Sequence record: DRR723986_7683 | Length of the DNA stretch: 58,659 nucleotides | Strand: one strand, 5' to 3' | Shown here: one piece after another, positions 57,950-58,659 of the stretch | Layout: every line of letters begins with the position of its first letter | How positions within the stretch are numbered: position 1 is the stretch's first letter | Notes under the pieces: generated by a model | What the model saw: only the letters and a program-made list of their open reading frames with translations | Database searches by the model: none | What the model was told of the DNA's origin: nothing | Program-made: the position numbers and the translations under genes

Positions 57950-58659
57950 TTAAAGGGTGTAAAACTCCTCCCATCCTTTTCTTGGCGCTTCACCTCTTAG
58001 CAGCTGATTTGCTAGTGGATTGTTCGTGATGCGTTGAGTTTCTCTATCAAACTTCAATGTGGTATTTAATTGCTGAGCTAAAACTCCTAAGCAGAATACC
58101 TGACTAAGTGGACCTGCGATTTCAAACCTTGAACGAGTTTCTTCCTCACCTTTGCAAGCTTTCAGGAAGTTTGCAAAGTGGTTTGATGGACTTTCAGGTA
58201 CTTCAGGAAGTTTGCTAGCCATGTCTTTAGCTTTTTCTTCGCCAATAATAGAAAGTGTACTGCCATGAGATCCACCTTTGAAAGTCAGGTCTTTTCCATA
58301 AATGATTTTACCTGGATTTAGCTTAGCAGGCTGAATCTGCCCGTTACTGGCTGCAGGAATATCAGCATTCAATTCGGAAGTACCGTAGTCTGCAGGTACA
58401 GGAGGTACATTGTCCACGCCATCATACCAAGTAAGTGTCAAAGCAGGCATATCACCACGCTCCGGAAATTTGAACGCCAGTGTAGATGACATTGGGAAGA
58501 AGAACGGATTGTGTCCTTTAAGCATCACTGGATCCACTTCATATGGCAAGCCTAGTTCAAGGAATTCATGGGCAGTGTCCATTGTATGTGCTCCCCAGTC
58601 GCCTAGAGCGCCCATTCCGAAGTCATACCAGCATCTCCACTGTCCGTTGATGAAGTCTT
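57950..58659 (-). CDS. Gfo/Idh/MocA family oxidoreductase (5' part outside the window)
   Basis: Frame open to the window edge: 'GQWRCWYDFGMGALGDWGAH..D', 'H..NF..ACKG', C-terminal 'R.GWE'. Confidence 0.85.
   Translation of the reverse strand, partial: DFINGQWRCWYDFGMGALGDWGAHTMDTAHEFLELGLPYEVDPVMLKGHNPFFFPMSSTLAFKFPERGDMPALTLTWYDGVDNVPPVPADYGTSELNADIPAASNGQIQPAKLNPGKIIYGKDLTFKGGSHGSTLSIIGEEKAKDMASKLPEVPESPSNHFANFLKACKGEEETRSRFEIAGPLSQVFCLGVLAQQLNTTLKFDRETQRITNNPLANQLLRGEAPRKGWEEFYTL

Noticed and set aside
1-58659. CRISPR array, rRNA, tRNA, IS/transposase or prophage genes
   Set aside because: No regularly spaced repeats, RNA-gene signatures or corresponding protein motifs seen

Overview
Chromosomal segment of a Bacteroidota bacterium. 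The gene content, T9SS/PorP genes and TAnnTTTG promoter boxes suggest Cytophagales, probably an Algoriphagus-like Cyclobacteriaceae (inference). About 45 CDS are present, mostly housekeeping: phoH, comEC, recQ-like, sua5, pgk, sppA, folK, fabD, sdhCAB and yaaA. I found no rRNA, tRNA, CRISPR array, transposase or integrase. The most unusual region is a ~2.5 kb islet just after sdhB, bracketed by a degenerate ~95 bp direct repeat of the sdhB 3' end plus terminator. It holds an AT-rich SEFIR/TIR-domain gene (putative anti-phage) packaged like an integron gene cassette, with a GTTGTAGGCA...TGCCTACAAC inverted boundary and a ~135 nt attC-like hairpin, followed by an HD-domain gene. Other notable loci are: three paralogous T9SS type-B cargo proteins (one with a head, two headless stalks of different length) beside a PorP/SprF gene; a symporter-GNAT-racemase operon; a beta-helix/diheme-cytochrome lipoprotein pair; a subclass B1 metallo-beta-lactamase; and a 41 bp palindrome overlapping a promoter. 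Product calls come from motif recognition only; no database search was run.
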